Positions 33,058 through 43,484 of a stretch of 64,000 bases of DNA are shown here, in pieces. A model generated the notes under the pieces. The model searched no databases. It was not told the origin of the DNA and saw only the letters and a program-made list of their open reading frames with translations. Numbering within the stretch: position 1 is the first letter of the stretch; each line of letters starts with the position of its first letter. This DNA is from Candidatus Micrarchaeota archaeon (GTDB taxonomy: Archaea; Micrarchaeota; Micrarchaeia; Norongarragalinales; UBA8480), in assembly GCA_021812145.1 (NCBI GenBank), contig JAKAOM010000001.1:21898-85897 (forward strand), in the 5' to 3' direction. The translations under genes and the position numbers were made by a program.

Positions 33058-35380
33058 GTATATACAAAATACAAAAAATAAATGTTAGTCCAGATATAAT
33101 ATTTCCAATATAAAATAACGATTGTGGAACAAAATAAAGAGTAATTGTAAAACTATTTTTATTAATCATATTTGGATTAATATACCATCCGTTTGCATAT
33201 CCATTTGCAATAAAATGATTATCACTGAGCGGTGAATAAAATAAATATTTAATATCCGTTAAGTCAAAATTTGCAGTTGAACTTACCTCTTTAATTTTTC
33301 CATTATTATACTCTTGCTCAGTTCCAGATTCAATCATGTTATTTTCGATATAAGCGTTCCATTGTGGGTTATATGCTTGGTTTAAAATTAAGAAAAATGG
33401 ATGAGTTGCATTTTCAATTGAGACAATATACTTGGTTGGATTCACTTCTTGAAAAATTATTTTTGGAATGAAACTTTCATTTGTAGAATTTATCATAGGA
33501 ATTTTATCTAAAACCGTTTGATTTTGTAATATAAACACTTGATAATTATCTTCATTATTTTTTAAAGAATTAAAATAATTACTTATATTATAAGTTATAC
33601 TTAATTTATTAGATACATAAATCCTAGGCACAAATGCTTTATTTTCCCATAAGGATATGTTTTCAAATTTTTTTATCAATTGTATATTAGATGCATTATT
33701 TAAGTAATCCTCAACTTTCGTATAATTCCATTCATTTGAATTTGGACTAAATATTGGCATTACGTCCTTTCTAAGTAGAATATATTTAACATTATAAAAT
33801 GCTAGAATATTAGCGATTATATTACTGTCATTTCCTGAATATACTATTTTTTCAATTGTTGAGACTTCAGTATTCGATATTGATTCAAATGAAATTGCAT
33901 TAATTCCTGCGCTTAGAGTTGGATCTCCTCCTTGATCTTCATTTTGATATTGTGTTTTTAAATAAAGTGGAGAGCTGGTCATAGGAAGAGGTAATACTCT
34001 AAATTGTGAACTATCGTTAAGTATATATTTAATTATGTTACTATAACCTGGTGAAATATTGAAAGAGTCAAGTAAAAAAACATTATCTTTAATTTGTGTT
34101 TGCGTACTAAGATTACCTGTCAACCATGGCGAAACCCAGATTAACAAACCAATCATTAGTACTATTTCTACAAGAATTATTTTAGATTTTCTTTTAGTCT
34201 CTATAATTTTTGAAATTATAAAAAAAGTTCCAAGTCCAATTATAATAGATATTGTAAAAGCAAGTAATACTAAAATGTGTTGTGGGCTTCTAAATAAAAC
34301 CATTAATGGAATATTTTCATAAATCCAAATCCTTAGATTGCCAATTAGAGTTATAGAAGTTGACATGAATAATGAAATAAGGAATAAAAAAATCCAAAAT
34401 AAACTTTTGGTTTTTTTGTTGGTATATAAAAAAAATATTGAAATTATTATTATACTGTATGCGCTAATAAACCATATTAATTGAAAATTTGGATTAATAA
34501 GATATTTAAAAAAATCTGTAAAGTAACCTAAACCAGCAAAAGCGTCTTGAATTGAAGGAATATTATTTGTTATTGTTGAAATTAATAGCGTATTATCTAA
34601 TGAAATACTTTGTTGTAGTGTTTGTGGTATAAGTATAATCCAGTACATATTTAAAAGAAAAAATATAATTATACTTTTTACAATATTTTTGTAAATCGTT
34701 TTTATTTTTTTTGTGAATAAAACATAAAGAACAAATACTAATGTTATTAAAAATAAATTCTGAAGTGAAGAACTTATTATCGTCATAGTAATTGCAAATA
34801 AGAGAACGTCAATAAAGTTAGGTTTGTCTGAACATACTTTTATTAGAAAATAAAAAGCCAGTGGAAAAAATGCATACGTAATAAACTGCGTAGTTGCACC
34901 TCCTATTATTTCATTGAAAAGGAAGGGAGATAATGAATAAAAAACAGCACCAAAAAATTGAGCAAAGAGTTTATAAGAATTGTTTTTAACTTCAAAGTCT
35001 TCACTAATAATTTTTCCAATTAGATAAAACATGGTAATGCCTGACAATAGTATTGTAATAAATACTAACAGTTTTGATATGATTTCTCCATTAAATCCTA
35101 AATAACCCGTACTAGTATATACCATTATAAGTGGAATAAAACTCGCTCCCAGTGGATTAAAATAACCAAGACCAGAATCAACCCATAAATAAGGTGTTTG
35201 AATAAATATTGCCCGTATTTCTTCATTTAGCGGTGGAATTGACCAATCCCAATGATGCCCTAATGTTCCATTATTTAAAACTATACCTCGCAGTACAAAA
35301 AAAGATATAAAAATAAAAAATACAATTGGAAAAATTAATTTTAAAAATTGTTTAAATTTTTTTATATTAGCTATTTCCAA
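33029..35380 (-). CDS. large polytopic membrane protein (possible GT-C-like glycosyltransferase) with C-terminal soluble domain
   Basis: 783 aa, >12 predicted TM helices in first 430 aa, Asn-rich extracytoplasmic C-terminal domain, final TM. Confidence 0.3.
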   Translation of the reverse strand: MEIANIKKFKQFLKLIFPIVFFIFISFFVLRGIVLNNGTLGHHWDWSIPPLNEEIRAIFIQTPYLWVDSGLGYFNPLGASFIPLIMVYTSTGYLGFNGEIISKLLVFITILLSGITMFYLIGKIISEDFEVKNNSYKLFAQFFGAVFYSLSPFLFNEIIGGATTQFITYAFFPLAFYFLIKVCSDKPNFIDVLLFAITMTIISSSLQNLFLITLVFVLYVLFTKKIKTIYKNIVKSIIIFFLLNMYWIILIPQTLQQSISLDNTLLISTITNNIPSIQDAFAGLGYFTDFFKYLINPNFQLIWFISAYSIIIISIFFLYTNKKTKSLFWIFLFLISLFMSTSITLIGNLRIWIYENIPLMVLFRSPQHILVLLAFTISIIIGLGTFFIISKIIETKRKSKIILVEIVLMIGLLIWVSPWLTGNLSTQTQIKDNVFLLDSFNISPGYSNIIKYILNDSSQFRVLPLPMTSSPLYLKTQYQNEDQGGDPTLSAGINAISFESISNTEVSTIEKIVYSGNDSNIIANILAFYNVKYILLRKDVMPIFSPNSNEWNYTKVEDYLNNASNIQLIKKFENISLWENKAFVPRIYVSNKLSITYNISNYFNSLKNNEDNYQVFILQNQTVLDKIPMINSTNESFIPKIIFQEVNPTKYIVSIENATHPFFLILNQAYNPQWNAYIENNMIESGTEQEYNNGKIKEVSSTANFDLTDIKYLFYSPLSDNHFIANGYANGWYINPNMINKNSFTITLYFVPQSLFYIGNIISGLTFIFCILYILIYSTIKKQ

Positions 35381-35396
35381 TCAATTTTCACCTATT

Positions 35397-36098
35397 TTAA
35401 TTATCCTTATTTGTTTTTAATTTACAAAGAAAGATAATCCCTCTTGAAAATAATGATGGCATTGAATAAGTCAGTTCATCCCACACCCTTTTTGGAATCA
35501 ATGATAATCCTTTTTCAATTTTATCACTAACTCCAAGATGGATCCAATACCTTCTACTTATTATTTTAAAATGTTTTTCTATAAACTCATTATCTTGTTT
35601 TATTGTTGGAAAGTGAAGGTGATAATCCGCAGCAAAACCTGTTGCGTCTACGCTATTTCCAAACACCATTTTTATCCTATGATATATGGTGCTCTCATTA
35701 GGTAAAGATATAAGAACCACTCCCTTTTTGTTTAATAATTTTTTTGTTTGCAATATCAACTTTTCAGGATCTTTTAAATGTTCTAAAATTTCAGCTAAAA
35801 TTATAATATCAAATTTTTCATTAAGCTTAATTTTTTCATTTTCTAAATTTACCTTAAAAACTTTAAAAGCACCTCTTTTCTTTGCAATTTTAAGCGCCTT
35901 TTTATCAAAATCCACTCCATAATACTTAATGTTTTTATGACCAAAAATTTTTATTGTATCTCCCATATAGCAACCAATATCTAAAACTTTTACATCTTTT
36001 TTTATAAATGGGTTTAAAAGAGACTTGAAAATTTTAAATCTCTCTTTTGCGTATTTATCATTCAATATATTTTTATATACCATTTTATTGTAATTCAT
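35397..36098 (-). CDS. class I SAM-dependent methyltransferase
   Basis: VKVLDIGCYMGDTIKIF…IIILAEILEHL. Confidence 0.5.
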   Translation of the reverse strand: MNYNKMVYKNILNDKYAKERFKIFKSLLNPFIKKDVKVLDIGCYMGDTIKIFGHKNIKYYGVDFDKKALKIAKKRGAFKVFKVNLENEKIKLNEKFDIIILAEILEHLKDPEKLILQTKKLLNKKGVVLISLPNESTIYHRIKMVFGNSVDATGFAADYHLHFPTIKQDNEFIEKHFKIISRRYWIHLGVSDKIEKGLSLIPKRVWDELTYSMPSLFSRGIIFLCKLKTNKDN

Positions 36099-36102
36099 TA
36101 TT

Positions 36103-37131
36103 TTATCTCTTTATTTGATTTTTAAATAAATTTTCTGTTAATCCAACAATTGTGCCTCTTATCCCTTTCAGATAGCTTATTTGTTTTGTACTTATAAATT
36201 TATATACTAAAAATAAATTTAAAAATATAAGGTATGAAAAAAATCTTATTGATTTATCAATTGTATTCAGTTTAATGTTAATAAAATAAAAATTAATAAA
36301 ATTTAATGTTCTTTCATATGAATTTGACCTATTTGCAAACACTCCGTTTTGATCTACAAGGTGTTTAACTACTGCTTTTGGATTAAAAATTATCTTATAT
36401 CCTTCCCTTATTATTTTAAACGAAACGTCTGCTTCTGAGTAGTCACCAATCCCTAGATATTTTCTGTCAAAATAACCTATCTTTATTAAAATATGTCTTC
36501 TTATAGCCATGTTGCAGGCTTCATGATGATCTACGTTAATTGACTTTTTAAATTTACAATTTTCTTTATAGTTAGATCCGACAGAAAAAGCTCCGCTCCT
36601 AAAAAATTTTCCAATGCTTTTTTCTTTACCCTCAAGAAAATAATTAAAATATATTTTGCCTAAAATATGCCAAAAAATATTTCCATTTTGCAGTTTTTTT
36701 TGAAAATAAAACAAATCTCTTTTATTTTTTAAATTTTCGGGTATTATTGTTGGACCCGTTACTCCCCCTATCTTTTTCGATTCATTAAATGTTTTTACAA
36801 TTTCATTAATCCATTCTTTGTCTGCGACTATATCATCATCCGTTCTTACTATAATTTCTCCTTTTGAAACTAATATTCCTTCGTTTATTGCATTTACTAA
36901 TCCTTTTTCCTTCTGTTTTATTATTTTAATTTTTAATTCTTTATGATTCTTTATTACTTTTTTTGTGTTATTTGTATCTCCTCCTTCTACTATAACGATT
37001 TCAAAATTTTTAAACGTTTCTTTATTCAATGATATAAGGCATCTTTCTAAACTTTGTTCTCTATTCATAGTGGGTATTATTATTGAAACTTTAGGTATAT
37101 TTTTATTCATCTTTAACCCAACCTCTAGCAT
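36103..37131 (-). CDS. GT2 glycosyltransferase
   Basis: PKVSIIIPTMNREQSLERCL…VIVEGGDTNN…DDD. Confidence 0.55.
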   Translation of the reverse strand: MLEVGLKMNKNIPKVSIIIPTMNREQSLERCLISLNKETFKNFEIVIVEGGDTNNTKKVIKNHKELKIKIIKQKEKGLVNAINEGILVSKGEIIVRTDDDIVADKEWINEIVKTFNESKKIGGVTGPTIIPENLKNKRDLFYFQKKLQNGNIFWHILGKIYFNYFLEGKEKSIGKFFRSGAFSVGSNYKENCKFKKSINVDHHEACNMAIRRHILIKIGYFDRKYLGIGDYSEADVSFKIIREGYKIIFNPKAVVKHLVDQNGVFANRSNSYERTLNFINFYFINIKLNTIDKSIRFFSYLIFLNLFLVYKFISTKQISYLKGIRGTIVGLTENLFKNQIKR

Positions 37132-38161
37132 TGCCTATTTTTTTTGTTCCTTTAAGTTTGTTTAAAAAATACGATATTTCTCTTTTTTTAATTATCTTTG
37201 GTAAAATTTCACTATCGCTTACTACTCTATTTTTTTGTATTCTTCTTCTTTTTTCTAGTATCCTTTTTAAATTAGTTAGATTCCAAACCAATCCTAAAAT
37301 TATCCATTTTGAACTTTTGAATTTTCTTTTTGAAAAAAGAAAAGTTGCAATTCCAAACCATAAAAAAATATGAATTGTTAAAATTTTAATTAGGTTTTTA
37401 AATTCTAAATTTTTAATCAAAGTTTGTACATAATTTTTTGCACCATGAAATTTAACAAAATAATTTATGTCATTTTTTAGAATAATTGAGCTAGTTCCAA
37501 ATCTATGATAAATTATTGAGTTTGGTATCAGCATAACTTTAGATCCTTTAAGCCAAATTCTCCAACATAGGTCGCTCTCTTCAACATATATAAAATAATC
37601 ATCATCAAACCCGTTTATTTCATCTAACGCGTCTTTTCTTGCGATCATACCTGCAGATTTTGCAGCAAAAATCTCCTTAATTTCATCATATTGCCCATTA
37701 TCATTTTCCTTTCCAGCTTCAACAATATTAACTAAAAATCCATTTTGACCTATATATTCTCCTACAGAATCTATTTTGTTTGTTTTACTTATAATAAGTT
37801 TTAACTGTCCAGCTCCTACATTAGGATTATTTTCAAGAAATTTTACCGCGTTTTTTAACCACATTGAAGTTACAGTTGTGTCATTATCTAAAAAAACTAC
37901 GTACTTTCCTTTTGCTTCTTTGATTCCTTCATTTCTTGCGGATGAGGGGCCAATATTTTTGTCATTTTGAATAATTTTTAATTTTAATTTTTTAATTGAT
38001 TTTTTAATATACTCAACGCTTCCGTCAGTTGAACCATTATCTATAACAATAACCTCAAAATTAGTGTATTTTGTAGTATATAATGATTCTAAGCATTCTT
38101 TTAAATAAATTTTACCATTATAATTTACTATTACAACAGAAACAAGTGGTTCTTTATTCAT
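37103..38161 (-). CDS. GT2 glycosyltransferase
   Basis: PLVSVVIVNYNGKIYLKECLESL…VIVIDNGSTDGS…FLDNDT. Confidence 0.6.
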   Translation of the reverse strand: MNKEPLVSVVIVNYNGKIYLKECLESLYTTKYTNFEVIVIDNGSTDGSVEYIKKSIKKLKLKIIQNDKNIGPSSARNEGIKEAKGKYVVFLDNDTTVTSMWLKNAVKFLENNPNVGAGQLKLIISKTNKIDSVGEYIGQNGFLVNIVEAGKENDNGQYDEIKEIFAAKSAGMIARKDALDEINGFDDDYFIYVEESDLCWRIWLKGSKVMLIPNSIIYHRFGTSSIILKNDINYFVKFHGAKNYVQTLIKNLEFKNLIKILTIHIFLWFGIATFLFSKRKFKSSKWIILGLVWNLTNLKRILEKRRRIQKNRVVSDSEILPKIIKKREISYFLNKLKGTKKIGNARGWVKDE

Positions 38162-38318
38162 TTATATCTCTCACATACTTTTTTTAATAAAGTTGTTTTT
38201 TAAAAGTTTATCCTGTTTTTATCTGATGATATTGCTTTATATTTTTGTAATGAAAAGCTTTTTAAAACTCTTTTTAGGATATGTTTTGTTAAAATGGTTG
38301 AGCTTTCAATTTCAAGCT

Positions 38319-39695
38319 TTAAGCTTTTTGCTGGAAGGCATTGGAAGTGGTTTTTGGTTTAGTTTTGTATTGTAGTATTTGTTGTATTGCCATGCCTGCT
38401 AGAGCGCTTACTGAGATGAATACTAGAACTGCTGAGCGTATGTAGGTTCTGAGTGTGGGGCTTATTTGGTATAGGTAGTAGGTGATGTTGTTGAATTGGA
38501 CTCCAAGGACTTTTGGTTGGGGGCCTATTGACATTATTACCCCTAGGATTGCGAGGAGGATGAAAAAGATGATTGCTTGGTTGTTGAGGTTGGTTTTTTG
38601 TTTTTGGGTTTTTTTGTAAATCCAATAAATTATAAGAAGGGTTGCGAGGATTAGGCTGGTGTAGCTTATGTATATTTCTTGTTCCACTTCGCTTGCAGTT
38701 CCGTTAATGTAGCTTCCTAGGTTGTTGATTATTGTGTTTTTAAATAATGGGTTTTGATAGTATGGAATTAAATAGTAAGCTAGGCTTGTGGTGCTTCCTG
38801 TTTGTACGTTGGCGTAGCTTCTGGTTATTGGTGGTCCTTGTGTTAGGTAATTTGTGATTAAGGGGTAGTTGAATATTGTGAATAGTATTAGGAAGGTGGT
38901 TATTGCTATTAGCGTTTTTTTGATTTTTTCTTTGTTTATTTGGAGATCTTTTTTGAGTACTTGGTAAATTATTTTTGCTATTATATATGTTACGGTTGCT
39001 GCGAGCATGAAGGCTGCGTAGTAGTAGTCTGTGAAGAAGTTGAGAGCTAATAAGGCTCCGCAGAGGATGGCGTTGGCGGTGTTTGGTTTTTCGTCTAGTT
39101 TGAATAGAAATAGAATATAGAGGGGCATCCATTGCATTTGTGCTAGAGTAGTGTCTAGTTGGATTCTTATGAAATGATATGGTGCGAACGCATATATTAT
39201 TCCTGAGATAAAACTTGATGTGTTATTTTTTGTGAAGTGTTTGGTTAATATAAACATTGTTATTGCAGATAGAGGTATACTGGAGAGCATTATGAGATTG
39301 TATACTAAAATTTGGTTGCCTAATATACTGAAAAGAAATGACATAGCTGGAATGTATGGAGACCATAATACTGTTGAAATTCCTCCTTGTGATAGGGCTA
39401 TCATTGTGTTGTTTATAATATTTAAGCCGTGGGTTATAGCGTAGTTGTCCCACCACATGAGGTATAATCCGCCTATTGGGTCGCTGTATTGATAGAAGTA
39501 TTTCCCATAGACTTCTGTAGTTAGGTTTAATATTAATGGCCAAGTTGTTATTATTGCTATTAGGCAGTAAGTGATTAATGCACTTATTTCAGTTTGATAT
39601 TGTAATGTTTTTTCTGTTATTTTTTTTATTATTGTTTGTCTAGTCTGTTGTGTTTTTTTTTGGATATTTATACCTACTTTGTTTTTTTTTTCCAT
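38319..39695 (-). CDS. polytopic membrane protein (possible glycan polymerase/GT-C-like)
   Basis: 458 aa, ~10 TM helices; start overlaps divergent ORF at 39636. Confidence 0.3.
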   Translation of the reverse strand: MEKKNKVGINIQKKTQQTRQTIIKKITEKTLQYQTEISALITYCLIAIITTWPLILNLTTEVYGKYFYQYSDPIGGLYLMWWDNYAITHGLNIINNTMIALSQGGISTVLWSPYIPAMSFLFSILGNQILVYNLIMLSSIPLSAITMFILTKHFTKNNTSSFISGIIYAFAPYHFIRIQLDTTLAQMQWMPLYILFLFKLDEKPNTANAILCGALLALNFFTDYYYAAFMLAATVTYIIAKIIYQVLKKDLQINKEKIKKTLIAITTFLILFTIFNYPLITNYLTQGPPITRSYANVQTGSTTSLAYYLIPYYQNPLFKNTIINNLGSYINGTASEVEQEIYISYTSLILATLLIIYWIYKKTQKQKTNLNNQAIIFFILLAILGVIMSIGPQPKVLGVQFNNITYYLYQISPTLRTYIRSAVLVFISVSALAGMAIQQILQYKTKPKTTSNAFQQKA

Positions 39696-39722
39696 TTTGT
39701 TGGTTTATTTTTGTTTTTGGTA

Positions 39723-40565
39723 ATGGTTTTAAATGCTTTCTTTGTTTATTTACCTAGCATGGATTGGTTTTCCCGATGGTTTGAACGTTTTCCTGCTTCT
39801 AATTTTGTTTTGTTTTGTGGTTTGTTGCTGATTTTTTCCCTTCCTTTTTTGATTGTTTCTGGTTTGAATGCGGAGAGGGTGGCGGTTTTTGCTTATTTGT
39901 TCTTGTTTTTGGGCGTTTTGATGCGTTTGGTGGAGTTGAAGGCGGGTTGGTTTAATCGTTTTTTTACTGGTATTTGGATTTTTTTAGTTGGCTTTTTTAG
40001 TTTTTTCTCAGGAGTTTGGAGTGTGTTTAAGTCTGAGTTGGACGCGTGGTGGAAGTGGGGTTTTGTTTTCGTATTGCTATTCATGCTGTTGGTCGAGTAT
40101 GCTGTTCCTTTGGGTTTTGTTTCCAGCGTTGGAAGTGTGCCTGATGTTTATCAGTGGCTTGCAAATCAAACAGGACTTTTTACAGTTGCGGAGTATCCGA
40201 TGATTCCTGAGGTTTATTTCTATCCTTTTAATGTTAGCGATCCTTATTATGTTTTTTATAGTCAGTTCACTGGTAAGCGCTTGTTTAACGGCGCTACGGG
40301 GGGTGTGGGTAAGTTTGTGGAGCAGGACGTTCAGAATCTTTCCAGTCCTGAAACCCCTTCAATTTTGGCTTGGTACAACGTTTCTTATGTTATTGTTCAC
40401 TATCCTGTGAATTCTTACGCAGTTTATTCTGGATTGCACTTGGTGAAGGTTTTTCCTGACGCTAGCGTTTACAGTGTTACAGCTTCCCCTTCGCTGGTTT
40501 GGGGTAGCGAGTTGGCACAATTGAAGGAGAGTTTAAGTGCTAATCAGAGCAATATTGTTTCTTGA
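39723..40565 (+). CDS. membrane protein with C-terminal soluble domain (start uncertain: 39636/39723/39759)
   Basis: N-terminal TM helices; ORF-track start would overlap the divergent gene by 60 nt. Confidence 0.3.
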   Translation: MVLNAFFVYLPSMDWFSRWFERFPASNFVLFCGLLLIFSLPFLIVSGLNAERVAVFAYLFLFLGVLMRLVELKAGWFNRFFTGIWIFLVGFFSFFSGVWSVFKSELDAWWKWGFVFVLLFMLLVEYAVPLGFVSSVGSVPDVYQWLANQTGLFTVAEYPMIPEVYFYPFNVSDPYYVFYSQFTGKRLFNGATGGVGKFVEQDVQNLSSPETPSILAWYNVSYVIVHYPVNSYAVYSGLHLVKVFPDASVYSVTASPSLVWGSELAQLKESLSANQSNIVS

Positions 40566-40569
40566 AAGA

Positions 40570-41703
40570 CTAGCATTCTATTCCGTTGAAGGGTATTTTT
40601 TGTTGTTTGTTGTCTTTTTTTTTAGCTAGTACCTTTAGTATTGCCTTCATAACGCATTCTGGTGTTATTTGGTCGAAGTCTTCTATGCTTTGTAGTTTTT
40701 CTATATCTTTTCTTTGAGTGGTGATGGTTAAGTTGGCGTATTTTTTTATGTATATTGCCGCTCCTCTTTCCGTGTAGGGGTAGAAGTTGTATATTTTTCC
40801 GCTTGTGAATATTGATACTGCTGGGCAGCCTGTTGCGGCAGCTATGTGGGTTATTCCTGTATCCATCCCTACGTATATTTTTGCTAGGCTTGCGATAGCT
40901 GCTAGAGTTTCCAGGTTTGTTTTTGGCAGTATGATCGGCTTGTTTTCAGTTTGTTGTGTTATTTCCTGTATTGTTTTTTCGTTTTCTGGGCTTGTAGGTA
41001 TTATTATCTCCAGTTTGGTTTTTTCGTGAATTTGGTCAATTAGGCTTGCGAAGTTTTCCACTGGCCATGTCTTTCTGGTTTTAGATGTTGGGAACAGTAT
41101 TGCAAAGTTTTTTTTCACGCCTGCCTTTTTGAGTATTTGCTTTGCGTTTTTTATGTCTGTTTTGCTGCTTTTTATTTTTGGCTTTGTTATTGGCGCTTTT
41201 ATTCCTTCTTTTTGTAGTGTTTGGCTTGCGTATTCATTGAAGTGGGTTGGCTTCCAGTTCTTTTTTATTAATTTGTCTTCTCTCAGACTTGAGCTTAAGT
41301 CCACCCGTTTTTGACAGGTGGGCAGCAATAGCAGTGAGAGGATTATTGAAGGGTAGTCTGGCTCGTAGAAGTTTACTATTAGTTGGGGTTTGAATTTTAT
41401 TATTTTTAGGACTGTTTCGATTTTTTCTATGTTTGTTTTTGGCAGGGGCATTGTTTCCATTTTTTTTGGGGCTAGGGGGATTAAATCTTTGGGTGCTATC
41501 AGAAGTATTCTTGATTTTGGGTAGTTCTTCTTTATTGACTCCATGGCAGGCATTGTTACTATAAAGTCGCCTATGGCCGGGTCTGAAATTATTGCTATTT
41601 TTTTTGGAGTTTGTGGTTTTATTATTTTAGCGCGGGCGTCGTATATCTTTTGAGTTGCGTATGACAGTATAAGCGCTCCAGCGTGTTCTATGTTGAATGC
41701 CAT
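40570..41703 (-). CDS. GT9-family glycosyltransferase (heptosyltransferase-like), paralog of 18339..19481
   Basis: KKIAIISDPAIGDFIVTMPAMESI N-term; GMDTGITHIAAATGCPAVSIFT; C-terminal …IPFNGIEC as in the paralog. Confidence 0.6.
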   Translation of the reverse strand: MAFNIEHAGALILSYATQKIYDARAKIIKPQTPKKIAIISDPAIGDFIVTMPAMESIKKNYPKSRILLIAPKDLIPLAPKKMETMPLPKTNIEKIETVLKIIKFKPQLIVNFYEPDYPSIILSLLLLPTCQKRVDLSSSLREDKLIKKNWKPTHFNEYASQTLQKEGIKAPITKPKIKSSKTDIKNAKQILKKAGVKKNFAILFPTSKTRKTWPVENFASLIDQIHEKTKLEIIIPTSPENEKTIQEITQQTENKPIILPKTNLETLAAIASLAKIYVGMDTGITHIAAATGCPAVSIFTSGKIYNFYPYTERGAAIYIKKYANLTITTQRKDIEKLQSIEDFDQITPECVMKAILKVLAKKKDNKQQKIPFNGIEC

Positions 41704-41717
41704 TGTTTTTTTTTATT

Positions 41718-42797
41718 TTAGTTTTGATTTTTAATTGTTTTTGTGGTTTTGATCGTTGCCGCTATCCCTAGTACTAGCGTAATTATTAATAGAGGGGCTA
41801 ATGTGAACGCAGTTATTATATTCAGTGTTTGTAGTAGGAGCAGTAGTGTGGTTAGGGTTGCAAATATTTTTAGTGCGTTATCGGTTATTTTGATTTTTTT
41901 TATGTCTTGCTTGAATGATTTAACCGTGTTTTTGAATTTTTGGCTTATTTTTGTGAATTCGAGCAGTATAATGACTGCGGTTATTATTGTTATTAAAATT
42001 GCTATCCATTCTGCAAAGATTTGTTGAAATGTTTGAAAGGGGGTTTTTTGTTGGGTTGCCGGCAGGGCTAAGCCTGAAATTGTTAAAACTCCTCTTGAAA
42101 CTATTTTTTTGTTAGTTAAATCGTACGTTGTTATTACCACTTGGTTGTTTTGAGTGAGAGAGGGTTGATTGTTTGTTTGCAGGGTGAGGGTGGTTTGAGC
42201 GTGTTGCAGGTATTTTAGGGTTTTGTTGATTGTTTGGGTTTGGAACGCGTTTGAGTTTTGAACGTTTGTTGCGGTTATTGTGTAATTGTCTGTTTGTTGG
42301 TAGGGGTTGTAGAAGTCTACGTACACTTCAAGAGTGTTTTGGTTGTTTATTATTACCGGCGTGTAGTTGGTGTCGAGGTAGTTGCCTGGCGTTGGGTTTT
42401 GAAATAGGTAATAGTTCAGTATTGTGTTGTTTTGGGTTTGGTTTCCATTTTTTGTTATTGTCAGGTAGTACGCTTCGCTGTTTAATGGGTTTTTTGGCGT
42501 TAAAGTGGTGTTTATTCGGTAGTGCTGGAATGGCTGGAGGGTTATGCTTTGGGTGTAGTTGAAGTTTTTTGAGGGGTTTTGGTTGTCTCCGGTTATTTGG
42601 ATGGTGAAAGTGGCGTTTTGAGTGTAGGGGTTGTAGAAGTCTAGGTAGTAGCTGGCTGTGTTATTCATAGGGTTTGGAATGATTATAGGTGAGTATTGAG
42701 TGTTTACGTAGTTTTGGCTTGCGTAGAAGTTTATTAGGTTGAAAGCGTTTGTTGTTGCTATTATTAATAGTATTATTGAAATAGCGGTGTTTTTCAT
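41718..42797 (-). CDS. secreted Asn/Thr/Gln-rich surface protein with C-terminal TM
   Basis: signal peptide MKNTAISIILLIIATTNA; >20 N-x-T/S sequons; two C-terminal hydrophobic helices. Confidence 0.45.
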   Translation of the reverse strand: MKNTAISIILLIIATTNAFNLINFYASQNYVNTQYSPIIIPNPMNNTASYYLDFYNPYTQNATFTIQITGDNQNPSKNFNYTQSITLQPFQHYRINTTLTPKNPLNSEAYYLTITKNGNQTQNNTILNYYLFQNPTPGNYLDTNYTPVIINNQNTLEVYVDFYNPYQQTDNYTITATNVQNSNAFQTQTINKTLKYLQHAQTTLTLQTNNQPSLTQNNQVVITTYDLTNKKIVSRGVLTISGLALPATQQKTPFQTFQQIFAEWIAILITIITAVIILLEFTKISQKFKNTVKSFKQDIKKIKITDNALKIFATLTTLLLLLQTLNIITAFTLAPLLIITLVLGIAATIKTTKTIKNQN

Positions 42798-42808
42798 TTT
42801 TTAACCCT

Positions 42809-43180
42809 TTATAGTATGACTCCAAGTATTTTTAGCAATATGAGAAGGCCTACTCCCAGCAAGCCTAGGACTGCGGTTATGATTATGTTGATTAAATCTA
42901 ATGGGATAGTGAAGCCTAGAAAGTTAAGTATTAGAAGTGCTGCAATGCCTAGAATAGTGTTTACTATGTATTTTTTGAGTTTGATTATGATTAATATTGC
43001 TATTATTATAAGGATAAGGGCTACCAGGATAGCGGTTAGGTTGGCTGCAGCTAGCTGGGTTATTGTTTGATTTGCGGTTTGCGCTAGCGTGGTGTTTTGC
43101 AGGGTGGCTGTCAGGTTTGTTATGTTAGCGTTCATCTGTTGCTTGTTTTTGTGTGTTTTGGGTTTTTTAATTCTTTTCAT
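42809..43180 (-). CDS. small membrane protein with sequon-rich N-terminal segment
   Basis: NITNLTATLQNTTLAQTANQTITQLAAANLTA then TM helices. Confidence 0.3.
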   Translation of the reverse strand: MKRIKKPKTHKNKQQMNANITNLTATLQNTTLAQTANQTITQLAAANLTAILVALILIIIAILIIIKLKKYIVNTILGIAALLILNFLGFTIPLDLINIIITAVLGLLGVGLLILLKILGVIL

Positions 43181-43484
43181 TTTTTATTTGCCAAAGCTTT
43201 TTTTTCGTTGTTTGTCGTTTTCTTTGTTTTGTGTGTTTTTGGGGTTTGAGGGTAAGGTTTTTTATTTGGTTTGCCTTAAATATTACAAGAGGGTTGTTTC
43301 GTTGTTTGTCGTTGTCGGGTTTGTTTTTAGTCGTATAAGGAAAGGTTTAAATATGTTTGAGTTTGTAATGATTACCAAATTTTTACCTTTCCAGGTTGGG
43401 TTTTCATTTCCCAGCGGGTTTGGTGAAGGTTTTGTTGTTTTGATATAAAACAAGGCTCGTCCTTGTTTAGAGGTGTGTGAGAAA

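Noticed and set aside
38319-39695. MWWDNYA motif as evidence for an AglB/STT3 oligosaccharyltransferase
   Set aside because: WWDYG of AglB lies in the C-terminal periplasmic domain of an 800+ aa protein; here the motif is ~80 aa from the N-terminus of a 458-aa protein, so the resemblance is probably fortuitous
39636-39695. 60-nt overlap of divergent gene starts (38319..39695 minus vs 39636..40565 plus)
   Set aside because: Most likely an ORF-track artefact; downstream in-frame ATGs at 39723/39759 remove the overlap
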